From: Thermoproteota archaeon
Lineage (GTDB): Archaea > Korarchaeota > Korarchaeia > Korarchaeales > Korarchaeaceae
NCBI GenBank assembly: GCA_027491735.1
Contig: JAOZGP010000020.1
Location: 1-29,474 of the forward strand
Length of the DNA stretch: 29,474 nt
Direction: 5' to 3'
The stretch's first letter is position 1; every line of letters starts with the position of its first letter. A program made the translations under genes and the position numbers. The notes under the pieces were generated by a model. The model had not been told where the DNA came from. It did no database searches and saw only the letters and a list, made by a program, of their open reading frames with translations. Positions 18,884-28,272 of this stretch are shown here, piece by piece.

Positions 18884-20652
18884 GATTCCTCAAGGTGGCC
18901 GAGTACTACAGAAAGATCGAGGAAACCTCTGGAAGGCTGGAGATGATATCCCTCCTGAAGAACCTTTTTTTGGAACTCAAGGACTCACCCGAGGACCTCG
19001 AAAAAGTAGCTTATCTGACAATAGGGAAGTTAAGGCCTGATTACGAGGGAGTGGAGCTGGGAATAGGAGAAAAACTGGCCTTGAAGGCGATCTCCCTATC
19101 TACCGGAATAAAGGAATCAAGGATAAATTCGGAGTACAAGAAATTAGGTGATGTGGGCATCTTGGCGGAATGGGCCGTCAAGAACAGGGCTATAACCCCC
19201 TTTGTCATGGAAGAGCTTACCATATCCAGAGTTTACAGGGATCTCCTCAGGATAGCTAAGGCATCTGGGCAGAGCTCTCAGGACGTAAAGATAAGAACAT
19301 TTGCTGGTCTTTTAAGTGATGCGGAGCCTATAGAGGCTAGATACATAGCTAGAATAGTCATGGGAAAGCTTAGGCTCGGCATTCAAGATATGACCGTGCT
19401 GGATGCCTTGGCGGAGGCCTTCCTTGGATCCAGAAGCAGGAGGCTGCTGTTGGAGCAGAAGTACAATATATATCCAGACATAGGCCGCATAGCGCGAGTC
19501 GTGGCTGAGGAGGGCGACGCAGGTCTTGGAAAAATAGAGGTAAGATTAGGAGTTCCTATAAGGCCTATGCTGGCTCAGAGGCTCAAATCAGCCAAAGAAA
19601 TATTGGAAAAGGCCGGTCCTAGGGTAATAGCGGAGTACAAGTATGACGGGGAGAGGATGCAGATACACATTCACAGGGACGGAATGGTGGAGATATTCTC
19701 TAGAAGGCTGGAGAATATAACGAACCCGTATCCGGATGTTGCAGAGGCCTTCAGCAGGTATTTCTCCGGGAGGGAGGCTATTTTCGACTCTGAAACAGTC
19801 GCTGTGAACCCCAACACTGGGGAGATACTTCCCTTCCAGGAATTGATGCATAGAAGGAGAAAATATGGCATTGAAAAAGCAATGGAGGAGTATCCGACAA
19901 CAACTTACGTGTTCGATGTCCTGTATCTCGATGGAAGGAGCCTTATAGACGTTCCCTTGGAGGAGAGGAGAAAGATGCTCGAGAAAATCCTTCCAAGAAA
20001 ACACGACCTGATAAAAGAGGTGACTTATAGAATAGTTGAGGACGAGGAGTCCTTAGAACAATTCTTCGAGGAAGCCGTTGAGTATGGAACCGAGGGGGTT
20101 ATGGCAAAGGATCCCAGATCCATCTATCAGGCGGGCATCAGGGGATGGAGTTGGATAAAGCTGAAGAGGAGTTACATGAGTAAAATGGTCGAACCCGTCG
20201 ATTTGGTGGTCGTCGGGGCTTTTGCTGGAAAGGGTAAGAGAGCTGGAACTTACGGCGCCCTGCTTATGGCTGTGTATGATCCCAAGACCGACAGGTATAA
20301 GACCGTCTGCAAGATGGGAAGCGGGTTCACCGACGAGGAGCTGGCCTCACTTCCTGAAAGGTTGAAGGAGTACAGGATACAATTCAGGGATCCATCCGTC
20401 GAGAGCAAGCTGGAGGCAGATGTCTGGTTGGAACCAGCCATCGTTCTCGAGGTCATAGGTGATGAGATCACACTGAGTCCAGTGCATACATGTGCCTGGG
20501 GGGTGGTGAGGAGGAACTCAGGACTGGCCATAAGATTTCCCAGGTTCACAGGGAGGTGGAGAGACGACAAAGGCCCTGAGGATGCCACAACAGAGGAGGA
20601 AATCATATCGATGTACAAAGCCCAGCTGACCAAGGTGGTGGAGGAGAGCTGA
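18880..20652 (+). CDS. lig: ATP-dependent DNA ligase
   Basis: EYKYDGER adenylation motif; FDVLY, EGVMAK, WIKLK, DLVVVG and IRFPRF motifs. Confidence 0.97.
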   Translation: MRFLKVAEYYRKIEETSGRLEMISLLKNLFLELKDSPEDLEKVAYLTIGKLRPDYEGVELGIGEKLALKAISLSTGIKESRINSEYKKLGDVGILAEWAVKNRAITPFVMEELTISRVYRDLLRIAKASGQSSQDVKIRTFAGLLSDAEPIEARYIARIVMGKLRLGIQDMTVLDALAEAFLGSRSRRLLLEQKYNIYPDIGRIARVVAEEGDAGLGKIEVRLGVPIRPMLAQRLKSAKEILEKAGPRVIAEYKYDGERMQIHIHRDGMVEIFSRRLENITNPYPDVAEAFSRYFSGREAIFDSETVAVNPNTGEILPFQELMHRRRKYGIEKAMEEYPTTTYVFDVLYLDGRSLIDVPLEERRKMLEKILPRKHDLIKEVTYRIVEDEESLEQFFEEAVEYGTEGVMAKDPRSIYQAGIRGWSWIKLKRSYMSKMVEPVDLVVVGAFAGKGKRAGTYGALLMAVYDPKTDRYKTVCKMGSGFTDEELASLPERLKEYRIQFRDPSVESKLEADVWLEPAIVLEVIGDEITLSPVHTCAWGVVRRNSGLAIRFPRFTGRWRDDKGPEDATTEEEIISMYKAQLTKVVEES

Positions 20653-20653
20653 T

Positions 20654-21715
20654 ATGTCCTCCAATCTGAAAAGGGTTTCACTCCAGAGAAAGATGAACAA
20701 CAAGGTTCAGTGTTTTGTTTGCCCTAGGAAGTGCGTCATACCTCCCAATTCCTATGGGCTTTGCAGGAGCAAAAAGAACTTAGACGGAACCTTATATGAG
20801 GTAAACTACGGACTGGTAAGCTCCGTGGCCTTGGATCCGATAGAAAAGAAACCCTTTTACCATTTCTATCCCGGATCTTGGTCCTACAGCATAGGTACCG
20901 TTGGATGTAATCTTAAGTGTGAGCACTGCCAGAATTGGCAGATCTCTCAGGCCGAGCCAGAGAGGTTTCTCTATCTCTCAAAACTCTCCCCTGCAGAGGC
21001 AGTCGCTCAGGCTAAACAGATCGGAGCCAGGAGCATTGCCTTCACCTACAACGAACCAACTGTGGTCAGCTTTGAGTGGGTCTTGGAGACAGCTAAGCTA
21101 GCGAAGAGAGAAGGAATAAGTCCTCTTAGCGTCACAAATGGCTATATCAGCGAGGAAGCTCTCGAGGAACTCCTCCCCCATCTTGAAGGGGCTAACGTGG
21201 ATGTTAAGGCCTTCTCAGACGATTTCTATAGAGGCATCTGCAAGGTTCCCTCAATGGAACCAGTTAAGAGGACTGCTGAGGTACTCAAGAAAAGAGGTAA
21301 ACTCGTGGAGATAACGTATCTCATAATACCAACTCTCAATGACGATGAAGAGGAGATCAGGAAGTTCTCTAGGTGGGTTCTGAATGAGCTAGGGCCCGAC
21401 GTGCCTGTCCATTTCTCAAGATATCATCCGATGTACAAGATGAGGATAAAAGCCACGCCCCCCGAGACTGTTAGGAGAGCGCGAAAGCTGGCGATAGAGG
21501 AGGGACTCAAGTATGTCTACACAGGGAACCTTGTCGGAGATGACGGAGAGAACACCTTCTGTCCCAACTGTGGTAGGGTCGTTGTTAGGAGATACGGCTT
21601 CGAAGTTCTGAAGTGCAATCTGACCGAGGGGAACAGATGCAAGTACTGCGGGGAGAAGATCGATATCATCGGGAGATGTGAGATCGAGAGGAGATGGCCC
21701 TCTATCGTACTCTAA
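20654..21715 (+). CDS. amrS: AmmeMemoRadiSam system radical SAM enzyme
   Basis: N-terminal CxxCPxxC, DPIEKKPFYHF, CNLKCEHCQNWQISQ, FTYNEP and C-terminal CPNC...CKYC. Confidence 0.92.
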   Translation: MSSNLKRVSLQRKMNNKVQCFVCPRKCVIPPNSYGLCRSKKNLDGTLYEVNYGLVSSVALDPIEKKPFYHFYPGSWSYSIGTVGCNLKCEHCQNWQISQAEPERFLYLSKLSPAEAVAQAKQIGARSIAFTYNEPTVVSFEWVLETAKLAKREGISPLSVTNGYISEEALEELLPHLEGANVDVKAFSDDFYRGICKVPSMEPVKRTAEVLKKRGKLVEITYLIIPTLNDDEEEIRKFSRWVLNELGPDVPVHFSRYHPMYKMRIKATPPETVRRARKLAIEEGLKYVYTGNLVGDDGENTFCPNCGRVVVRRYGFEVLKCNLTEGNRCKYCGEKIDIIGRCEIERRWPSIVL

Positions 21716-21920
21716 ACCCGCGGTCACTTGCCTTCTTACGATAACCTAACAATGATCAAGTCCTCACCCTCCGAACAACCCTGGTGGGTGATCAAGAGTT
21801 TCTATCTAACATGCTTCAGGGTAGCTCCCCTGGAAGTTCAGCAGGACCACTGGCTCTAAAGAGGACTTTGTAAAAATTTTTAAGACCCTTTCAGATCTGA
21901 TCACGAACTCTTCTTAGGGG

Positions 21921-22330
21921 GTTCTCTTTACAGGGAATTTTGTGTAATTTTGATGAATTTCAGCCCTATTCCTTGTTTTCTACTGCTGTAATCCTGTAGA
22001 GATTGGTCTTCATCGGCTCGTCATTGGCAAGAGCCTCGAAACCTCGAACCCCTTCAGGGGAGCCTCAAACCCCCCACATCCGAAGGTTCAAGATAGCAAT
22101 AGAATCTCTGTCTTCAACAAGACCACAAGAAAGACACTTCAATAAACCCCCTCTTGGGATATTAACCGACCCCTGCATGCGGGACGAATACGAGAAGAAT
22201 TTTTGCAGCCTCTTTCAAAGCATAATGCCGCTCCATCCTCACCGCGGTAACGATGTACAGCAACAACATATTTATATACTTTCCACAATTTTATACTATC
22301 TTTTATAAAAAATAAAAACAGTTTGAAACG
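21921..22330 (-). mobile_element. Non-autonomous, internally deleted IS607-family element (tnpA 5' end fused to tnpB 3' end)
   Basis: Minus strand: TATATAAA, RBS GGTGAGG, ATG 22236 MERHYALKEAAKIL (IS607 TnpA HTH start), then KNSSRIRPACRGRLISQEG/LLKCLSCGLVEDRDSIAILNLRMWG (TnpB Zn finger and RuvC-III). AAATT repeats at 10-bp period near the right end; GG on + at both proposed ends. Boundaries are approximate. Confidence 0.85.
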
Positions 22331-22341
22331 GCGAGAATAGG

Positions 22342-22836
22342 TCAGATCTTGTATCCGATCTTTCTCAAGAAAGCCTTCCTCTCAGCTATCTCCTCCTCTC
22401 CCTCAACTCCCAGCGGAGTACCTCCATCTACAACTCCTATGACTCCTCTCCCATCCCCAACATCCACCACAGCGATCTTAAGAGGGTTAGCTGTGGCAGC
22501 GTAGACGCAAGCGACCTCGCTCAAGCTTTTTATTCTGTTGAGAACGTTTATGGGCCAAGCGTCTTTCACTATCACTACAAACACATGTCCGGCCCCTATT
22601 CTTCTTGCCCTCTCCACAGCCTCTTTCTCCAGTATATCATCGTTTCCTGCATGTCTTATGAGCCTAGGGCCAGAGGACTCATTGAAGGCTATCCCAAACT
22701 TTATACAGGGGCAGGATTCCACTAACGTCTCGTAGAGGTCTTCCACCGTCTTTATAAAATGTGTCTGTCCGATTATTATATTCGTCCCCTCAGGAGGGCT
22801 CACGTCGACTATCTCGATCCGATAATTCATACGCAT
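22342..22836 (-). CDS. DUF355 / adenosine-specific kinase family protein
   Basis: [33 protein letters not shown] and FLRKIGYK motifs. Confidence 0.92.
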   Translation of the reverse strand: MRMNYRIEIVDVSPPEGTNIIIGQTHFIKTVEDLYETLVESCPCIKFGIAFNESSGPRLIRHAGNDDILEKEAVERARRIGAGHVFVVIVKDAWPINVLNRIKSLSEVACVYAATANPLKIAVVDVGDGRGVIGVVDGGTPLGVEGEEEIAERKAFLRKIGYKI

Positions 22837-22889
22837 CCCCTCAGGAAGGGGTCGGCATTCAATAAGAAAATTTTCTGAGGTGAGCAGAT

Positions 22890-24005
22890 GTGATTTACGA
22901 TCTGACCGTAATAGGAGGAGGACCGGCAGGCGCTACAGCTGGATATCTGGCCGCCAAGAAAGGGTTCAACGTCCTCATAATCGAGAAAGAGAAGCTACCC
23001 AGACAGAAGTCTTGCGGAGGAGGACTGACCTACAAGGTAGCCTCACTCTTGAAGGAGATCGAGGTGAACATAGACGAACTTCCGGTGGAAAGGACCTTCA
23101 CCTCGGTTGTGGTATGTGGTCATGGAGAGAGCATTGAGGTCAAGCTGAACCCCTGGATCATAAAGACTGTTAGAAGGGATGTGTTCGATATGGAGCTCGT
23201 TAGATTAGCAGAGGGCCAGGGAGCCAGGGTCTTGGAGGCCACAAAAGCATTGGCAACAAACTTGTCCAGCGAGGGCATAAAGGTGATCACCAGATCAGGA
23301 GGTGTGATATGCCGAAAGCTGCTCATAGCTGAGGGAGCCAATGTCTTCATATCACGAAAACTGGGACTTAGATCCTTCTGGAGAAAGGAGGACATAGTCT
23401 TCGCCATGGAGGGTCATGCAAGAGGAAACTTCAATGAGCTCAAGTTCATAATAGATGCTGCTCCACAGGGATACGGATGGATCTTCCCCGGAAGGGGATA
23501 CGCCAGCCTCGGGGTTGGATGCATGGGGCATCTCGCTCAGAAGGTGAAACCGGCTTTTCAAGGGCTTGTCAGGAAAAGCAGAGCGGAGCTGATCAGGTGG
23601 GGCGCAGCAATACTTCCGCTTGGTGGGAGGAGCAGACCTCTCTCCAAAGGAGATATATATCTCCTCGGGGACTCAGCCGGCCTGATAGATCCTCTCACAG
23701 GTGAGGGTATTTATCAGGCGATGAGAAGTGCCGTAGAGGCGGTGATATCGATAGCCAACGGTGGCTCCTATGAAAAGGGAATAAAGCCTCTCCTGGAGGA
23801 CCTTGCTCTGAGAAGAAGGGCAGCTTCTCTAGTCCTTCCAAGAATGAAGTTCTTCTACAAGCTTATGGTTAACAGCGATGAGGTAGCTAGAAGATTCGCT
23901 GAGGCCTGCTCCGGGATGAGGACTTTCAAGGATTTCTGGAGATGGGCTCTCAGACGGGTGTCTAGCGAGGCTGTTAAATATTTGATAAACAAAAATAGAT
24001 ATTGA
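22890..24005 (+). CDS. Geranylgeranyl reductase family FAD-dependent oxidoreductase
   Basis: GGGPAG, KSCGGG, GYGWIFP and [15 protein letters not shown] motifs. Confidence 0.92.
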   Translation: MIYDLTVIGGGPAGATAGYLAAKKGFNVLIIEKEKLPRQKSCGGGLTYKVASLLKEIEVNIDELPVERTFTSVVVCGHGESIEVKLNPWIIKTVRRDVFDMELVRLAEGQGARVLEATKALATNLSSEGIKVITRSGGVICRKLLIAEGANVFISRKLGLRSFWRKEDIVFAMEGHARGNFNELKFIIDAAPQGYGWIFPGRGYASLGVGCMGHLAQKVKPAFQGLVRKSRAELIRWGAAILPLGGRSRPLSKGDIYLLGDSAGLIDPLTGEGIYQAMRSAVEAVISIANGGSYEKGIKPLLEDLALRRRAASLVLPRMKFFYKLMVNSDEVARRFAEACSGMRTFKDFWRWALRRVSSEAVKYLINKNRY

Positions 24006-24010
24006 GAGAC

Positions 24011-24301
24011 GTGAAGAGGCTATACGCGATGAAGGAAGCTTCGAGGCTCTAGGAGTTACCATAAGACAATCCAAAGATAGGATAAAGAAGGAAAAGTTCC
24101 TCTCAAAAGGAGTTAGTCGGAGATCTGATTACCATAACTTGCGTTTCGCTGGGAGGTTATGCTGTGTGCGTTTGCATAAGTATGGAGAGGTAGTCTAAGA
24201 TGCAAAGAAACTCATACAGGATTGTTAGCTATGGAGTTAAGCACGACTACAGCATGAGTGATTTTCTATGTAGTTACAGATGTCTCCTACAGAAGACGAT
24301 C
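24011..24301 (+). mobile_element. Decayed IS607-family remnant (internally deleted tnpA pseudogene plus tnpB 5' end)
   Basis: GTG 24011 gives VKRLYAMKEASRL/GVTI/TIQR*DKEGKV (TnpA HTH), then QKELVGDLITIT/RFAGRLCCVRLHKYGEVV*DAKKLIQ (TnpA C-terminus). An overlapping ATG at 24200 gives MQRNSYRIVSYGVKHDYSMSDFLCSYRCLLQKTI (TnpB-like N-terminus). Confidence 0.78.
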
Positions 24302-25268
24302 CTAAGATCTCGGCGACCTCACTCATGGGCTGAGCATGTCTGTTCACGAGCATCAGAAGAGTTGCACTATCAGATCTAGCTCTATCAAGCACCTCTTTAG
24401 CGTTTCTCATGACCTCGCCCCCTACTCTTCTAGCTACGACCTCAGCCCCATGTCCTGCCAGCAGGACACCCTCAAACCGATCTCTCGATGGAAGCTTCAA
24501 CAAGAAATCGCAGAAGACTGAGGTTCTGTCCCTTCTATCCCTTCTAAATTGACAGAAGAGCAGAAAGCGATCGTTATATTTCCTCAAGAGATACCTGATG
24601 ACGAGACAGGCACTGTCAGGATCGTTTATCTTCGATCCATCGAAGAATCTCACACCTTTGGACTCCCTGATGCTGAACATACTCTCAATGTATTCGTTCA
24701 GCAGCTTAAATCTTTCCCCATGGACATCTCCAAGCAAATGCTCAGATAAGAATCTCGTCAGGCTCAACAGCTCAGATGCTGGAGGATCACTCGAGGATCG
24801 AACCACTCTGAACTCACCTCCTCTTCTCTCAACGTGCCTCCTGATTATCTCATTCAATCTGTCATCGTGCTCTCCGCTTAGTACCATACTAACTCCTTTC
24901 TGAATAGATCTTCCGAAACAATCAGCTATATGTTCTCTCCTTTCTCCCAAAAACTCTGTGTGATCTCTCCTTATGTTTGTGATCACCACGATATCTGGTC
25001 TGACGATTCTATTGAATATCCTCATCGTGTAAGGTGTTATCGTTTGGTTCTCTAGTATAATGAAATCCGCTTTCTCGGAGAGAAGTGGAAGATTCTCGAG
25101 GATCCTCTGTCTAGGCCTCATGCGGATTGGGATCTCTGCTCCATTCCTTATGATGACTGCTTTCTCTCCGGTCACCTTGGACAAGACCTTATATTTAGTC
25201 GACAACATAAAGCTGAGCATCCTGATCAGCGTGGACTTTCCTCTAGTTCCCGAAACCACTATCCTCAA
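24237..25268 (-). CDS. capB: Poly-gamma-glutamate synthase CapB/PgsB-like Mur-ligase-family protein
   Basis: RIVVSGTRGKST, KVTG, ITNIRRDH, KINDPDS and RRDRRDR match the CapB pattern; TTGA overlap with the capC-like gene. Confidence 0.82.
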   Translation of the reverse strand: MRIVVSGTRGKSTLIRMLSFMLSTKYKVLSKVTGEKAVIIRNGAEIPIRMRPRQRILENLPLLSEKADFIILENQTITPYTMRIFNRIVRPDIVVITNIRRDHTEFLGERREHIADCFGRSIQKGVSMVLSGEHDDRLNEIIRRHVERRGGEFRVVRSSSDPPASELLSLTRFLSEHLLGDVHGERFKLLNEYIESMFSIRESKGVRFFDGSKINDPDSACLVIRYLLRKYNDRFLLFCQFRRDRRDRTSVFCDFLLKLPSRDRFEGVLLAGHGAEVVARRVGGEVMRNAKEVLDRARSDSATLLMLVNRHAQPMSEVAEILGSSSVGDICNYIENHSCCSRA

Positions 25269-25765
25269 ATGAACACCTTGCAGACGACAACACTTAAGGA
25301 GAACAGACCAAGACTGCCCAGTAAGGAGGTGATTGGTTTGTTGGAGGAGAAGGTCTCGTATCCCATCAGGCCGGCCACAGGGCTGACCACAAAGGCTGTT
25401 GGATCTTCTGTGATCGAGGAGTAAACGAACGTCACGATCACCGATACGAGCAGCTGAAGGTGGTACACCTTCATCCCATACATCAACCTACCTCTGAAAG
25501 CGAGCTCTCCTACTCCAATCGACAGCAGATAGGCTGCCAGGAAGAGAGGAGTGAATTCTGGTCTAAGAGCGCAGTATCCACCCCCAATCATCGGGGATGG
25601 AGCGAGCGTTCTCACGGTTCCTGATCTATAGGCAACATAAGAGATCAATACTCCGAGAAGCATGGCTATGTATGTGGAGAACATGTTCATAGGGCTAGCG
25701 ACCATGTCATCAGGGAAAAATCTTTCTGATCCTCCATCCCTAGGATGACGATCCTTAATGAGCAT
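25265..25765 (-). CDS. CapC/PgsC-like membrane protein
   Basis: Very hydrophobic ~150 aa protein; GGGYCAL, LMYGMK and VAGLMGY resemble CapC motifs; translationally coupled to capB; start may be downstream (MVASPMN). Confidence 0.62.
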   Translation of the reverse strand: MLIKDRHPRDGGSERFFPDDMVASPMNMFSTYIAMLLGVLISYVAYRSGTVRTLAPSPMIGGGYCALRPEFTPLFLAAYLLSIGVGELAFRGRLMYGMKVYHLQLLVSVIVTFVYSSITEDPTAFVVSPVAGLMGYETFSSNKPITSLLGSLGLFSLSVVVCKVFI

Positions 25766-25923
25766 TTTCTGGAATTTTTATGGACAGTTAAACAAATTTT
25801 TTATAGAATATTCTGACCTAATTGGAAGAAAAAAGTGTGAAAAGAGGAGATTATAGATCCCCTTTAACTGAAAAAGATTTTAATAATATACCCCACAGCA
25901 CCATCTCAGTCGAGGGTGATGTT

Positions 25924-27192
25924 ATGGCAGAGAGACTCAACCCGTGGGAGAATGCTCTCAAGCAGCTTGATAAGGCTGCTAAGGCAATGAACCTCAATCC
26001 CGGATATCATCAGATCTTAGCTACTCCGAAGAGGGTTCTTGAGATCCAGCTTCCAATCAAGATGGACGATGGGACCATTAAAGTTTTTACTGGATGGAGG
26101 GTCCAGCACAATGACGCCAGAGGCCCCTGCAAGGGAGGAATAAGGTATCATCCCAACACCGATCTCGATGAGGTCAAAGCCTTGGCTATGTGGATGACCT
26201 GGAAGACCGCCGTGGTTGACATACCGTATGGTGGAGCCAAGGGAGGGATAAGGGTCGATCCACACAAGCTCAGTCCTGGCGAGCTCGAGAGGCTCAGCAG
26301 AAGATATATATACGCCATATCACCAATAGTTGGCATAAACAAGGACATACCAGCTCCTGATGTCTACACCAACCCCCAAATAATGGCTTGGATGATGGAC
26401 ACTTACAGCGCTCTTGTGGGCTACAACGAGCCTGGAGTGATAACCGGCAAACCTTTGGAGGTTGGTGGGAGCGAGGGTAGAGAGGAGGCCACTGCTAGGG
26501 GCCTTCAGTACGTCACTGAGGAGGCTGTAAGGGTTCTCGGTATAGACCCGACTAGGGCGACTGCCGCAGTTCAAGGGTACGGCAACGCAGGATACTTCTC
26601 CGCCAAGTTTATGAAGGAGCTCGGAATGAAGGTGGTTGCTGTAAGTGACTCCAAAGGTGCCATTTACAATCCTGACGGCCTCGATCCTGAGGCAGTTCTC
26701 GAGCACAAGAAGAAGACTGGCTCTGTTAAAAACTTCCCTGGCGCTCAGAATCTTAATCCTGACCCAATCAAGGCCAATCAGGAGCTTCTCGAGCTGGATG
26801 TGGACGTCCTCATACCTGCTGCCATAGAGAACGTGATAACTAAGGAGAATGCCGACAACATAGAGGCCAAGCTTGTGGTTGAGGCCGCCAACGGACCGAC
26901 AACTCCCGAGGCTGACGACATATTACACGAAAGAGGGATCATAGTGGTGCCCGATATACTCGCCAACGCTGGAGGAGTGACCGTCAGCTACTTCGAATGG
27001 ATACAGGCCAGGACCAGAGAGTGGTGGACTGTTGACACTGTGAGAAACAAGCTCAGGGCCATAATGTCCAAGTCATTCAGGGACGTCTACAATATACGCA
27101 ATGAGATGAACGTTGACATGAGAACTGCTGCACTCATACTAGCTATAAAGAGAGTTGTCAGGGCTCTGGAGATAAGGGGCATCTGGCCCTGA
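25924..27192 (+). CDS. gdhA: Glutamate dehydrogenase (NAD(P)+)
   Basis: [34 protein letters not shown] and [12 protein letters not shown] motifs; ATG 25924 after GAGGGTGA; BRE/TATA at ~25870-25888. Confidence 0.96.
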   Translation: MAERLNPWENALKQLDKAAKAMNLNPGYHQILATPKRVLEIQLPIKMDDGTIKVFTGWRVQHNDARGPCKGGIRYHPNTDLDEVKALAMWMTWKTAVVDIPYGGAKGGIRVDPHKLSPGELERLSRRYIYAISPIVGINKDIPAPDVYTNPQIMAWMMDTYSALVGYNEPGVITGKPLEVGGSEGREEATARGLQYVTEEAVRVLGIDPTRATAAVQGYGNAGYFSAKFMKELGMKVVAVSDSKGAIYNPDGLDPEAVLEHKKKTGSVKNFPGAQNLNPDPIKANQELLELDVDVLIPAAIENVITKENADNIEAKLVVEAANGPTTPEADDILHERGIIVVPDILANAGGVTVSYFEWIQARTREWWTVDTVRNKLRAIMSKSFRDVYNIRNEMNVDMRTAALILAIKRVVRALEIRGIWP

Positions 27193-27297
27193 ATCTCCCT
27201 CATTTTTAACCTTTCTATTTCGGTAGGGTTTCCCGATCTCCACCTGTTCCGAGTGCTTGTAGCGAACCTTTATCACATATAGGATGGAACATTTTTT

Positions 27298-28272
27298 ATG
27301 GGCTGGGAGTTTCTGTATCTCTCTAGGCAGGATATAGAGAGCCTCGACATAAGCATGAAGGAAATTATAGACGCTGTGGAAAGGGGTCTCGTTGAGAAAG
27401 GATATGAGAGAGTCGAGATGCCACCCAAGCCAGGAATACATCCTCGAAAGGACTCGTTCATTCACGCTATGCCCGCTTACCTCAAGGGTCTCGACATAGG
27501 AGGACTAAAATGGGTGGCCGGCTTTCCCGGAAATAAATCCAAGGGTCTCCCATACATAACAGGCATCTTCGTGCTGAATGATATGGACACAGGTCTGCCA
27601 TTGAGCATAATGGATGCCTCTTGGATAACAGCTAAGAGAACGGGCGCCATGACAGCGGTCTCAGCTAAATACCTGGCTAGAAAGGACTCAAGTATCATCG
27701 GAATACTGGGATGTGGGGTTCAAGGGAGGAGCAACCTGGAGGCGCTTAATGAACTCTTCAACATAGAAACTGTCAAGGCGTACGATATCTCTCCTGAGGC
27801 AGCTAGGAGGTATGAGGAGGAGATGGAGAAAAAGCTCGGTCTCAGCATTGAGATCGTTGAAAGCCCTAAAGATGCCGTGGAGGAATCAGATATAGTGGTC
27901 ACAGCCGGACCGATACTTAAGAACCCGAACCCCGTGATAGAGAAGGATTGGTTCAAGGACGGGGGTTTTGCAGCTCCTCTGGATTTCGACTCCTACTGGA
28001 AGCCTGAAGCAATGCACTCAATGGATAAGTTCGTCACCGACGATAGAGATCAGCTGATGTACTACAGGAGCATAGGCTACTTCAAGGACATACCGGAGGT
28101 CTACGCCAATATGGATGAGATAGTCGTAGGAAAGAAGAAGAGCAGGGAGAACGATGACGAGAGGATCATGGCCATGAACCTAGGATTAGCAACGCACGAT
28201 GTGGTGACGGCCGACCTTATATATAAGAAGGCCAAGGAGAAGGGGGTTGGCACCTGGCTGAGATTGATCTGA
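27298..28272 (+). CDS. Ornithine cyclodeaminase / mu-crystallin (archaeal alanine dehydrogenase-like) family protein
   Basis: HAMPAY, GLKWV, ITAKRTGA, GILGCGVQG and GLATHD motifs. Confidence 0.92.
   Translation: MGWEFLYLSRQDIESLDISMKEIIDAVERGLVEKGYERVEMPPKPGIHPRKDSFIHAMPAYLKGLDIGGLKWVAGFPGNKSKGLPYITGIFVLNDMDTGLPLSIMDASWITAKRTGAMTAVSAKYLARKDSSIIGILGCGVQGRSNLEALNELFNIETVKAYDISPEAARRYEEEMEKKLGLSIEIVESPKDAVEESDIVVTAGPILKNPNPVIEKDWFKDGGFAAPLDFDSYWKPEAMHSMDKFVTDDRDQLMYYRSIGYFKDIPEVYANMDEIVVGKKKSRENDDERIMAMNLGLATHDVVTADLIYKKAKEKGVGTWLRLI

Noticed and set aside
21751-21810. C/D box sRNA
   Set aside because: The spacing fits, but the boxes (ATGATCA, CCGA, GTGATCA, CTAA) deviate at the kink-turn GA positions.
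22003-22308. 101-aa plus-strand ORF
   Set aside because: It is the antisense shadow of the IS607 remnant.
25822-25923. N-terminal extension of Gdh
   Set aside because: It spans the BRE/TATA; the RBS points to ATG 25924.
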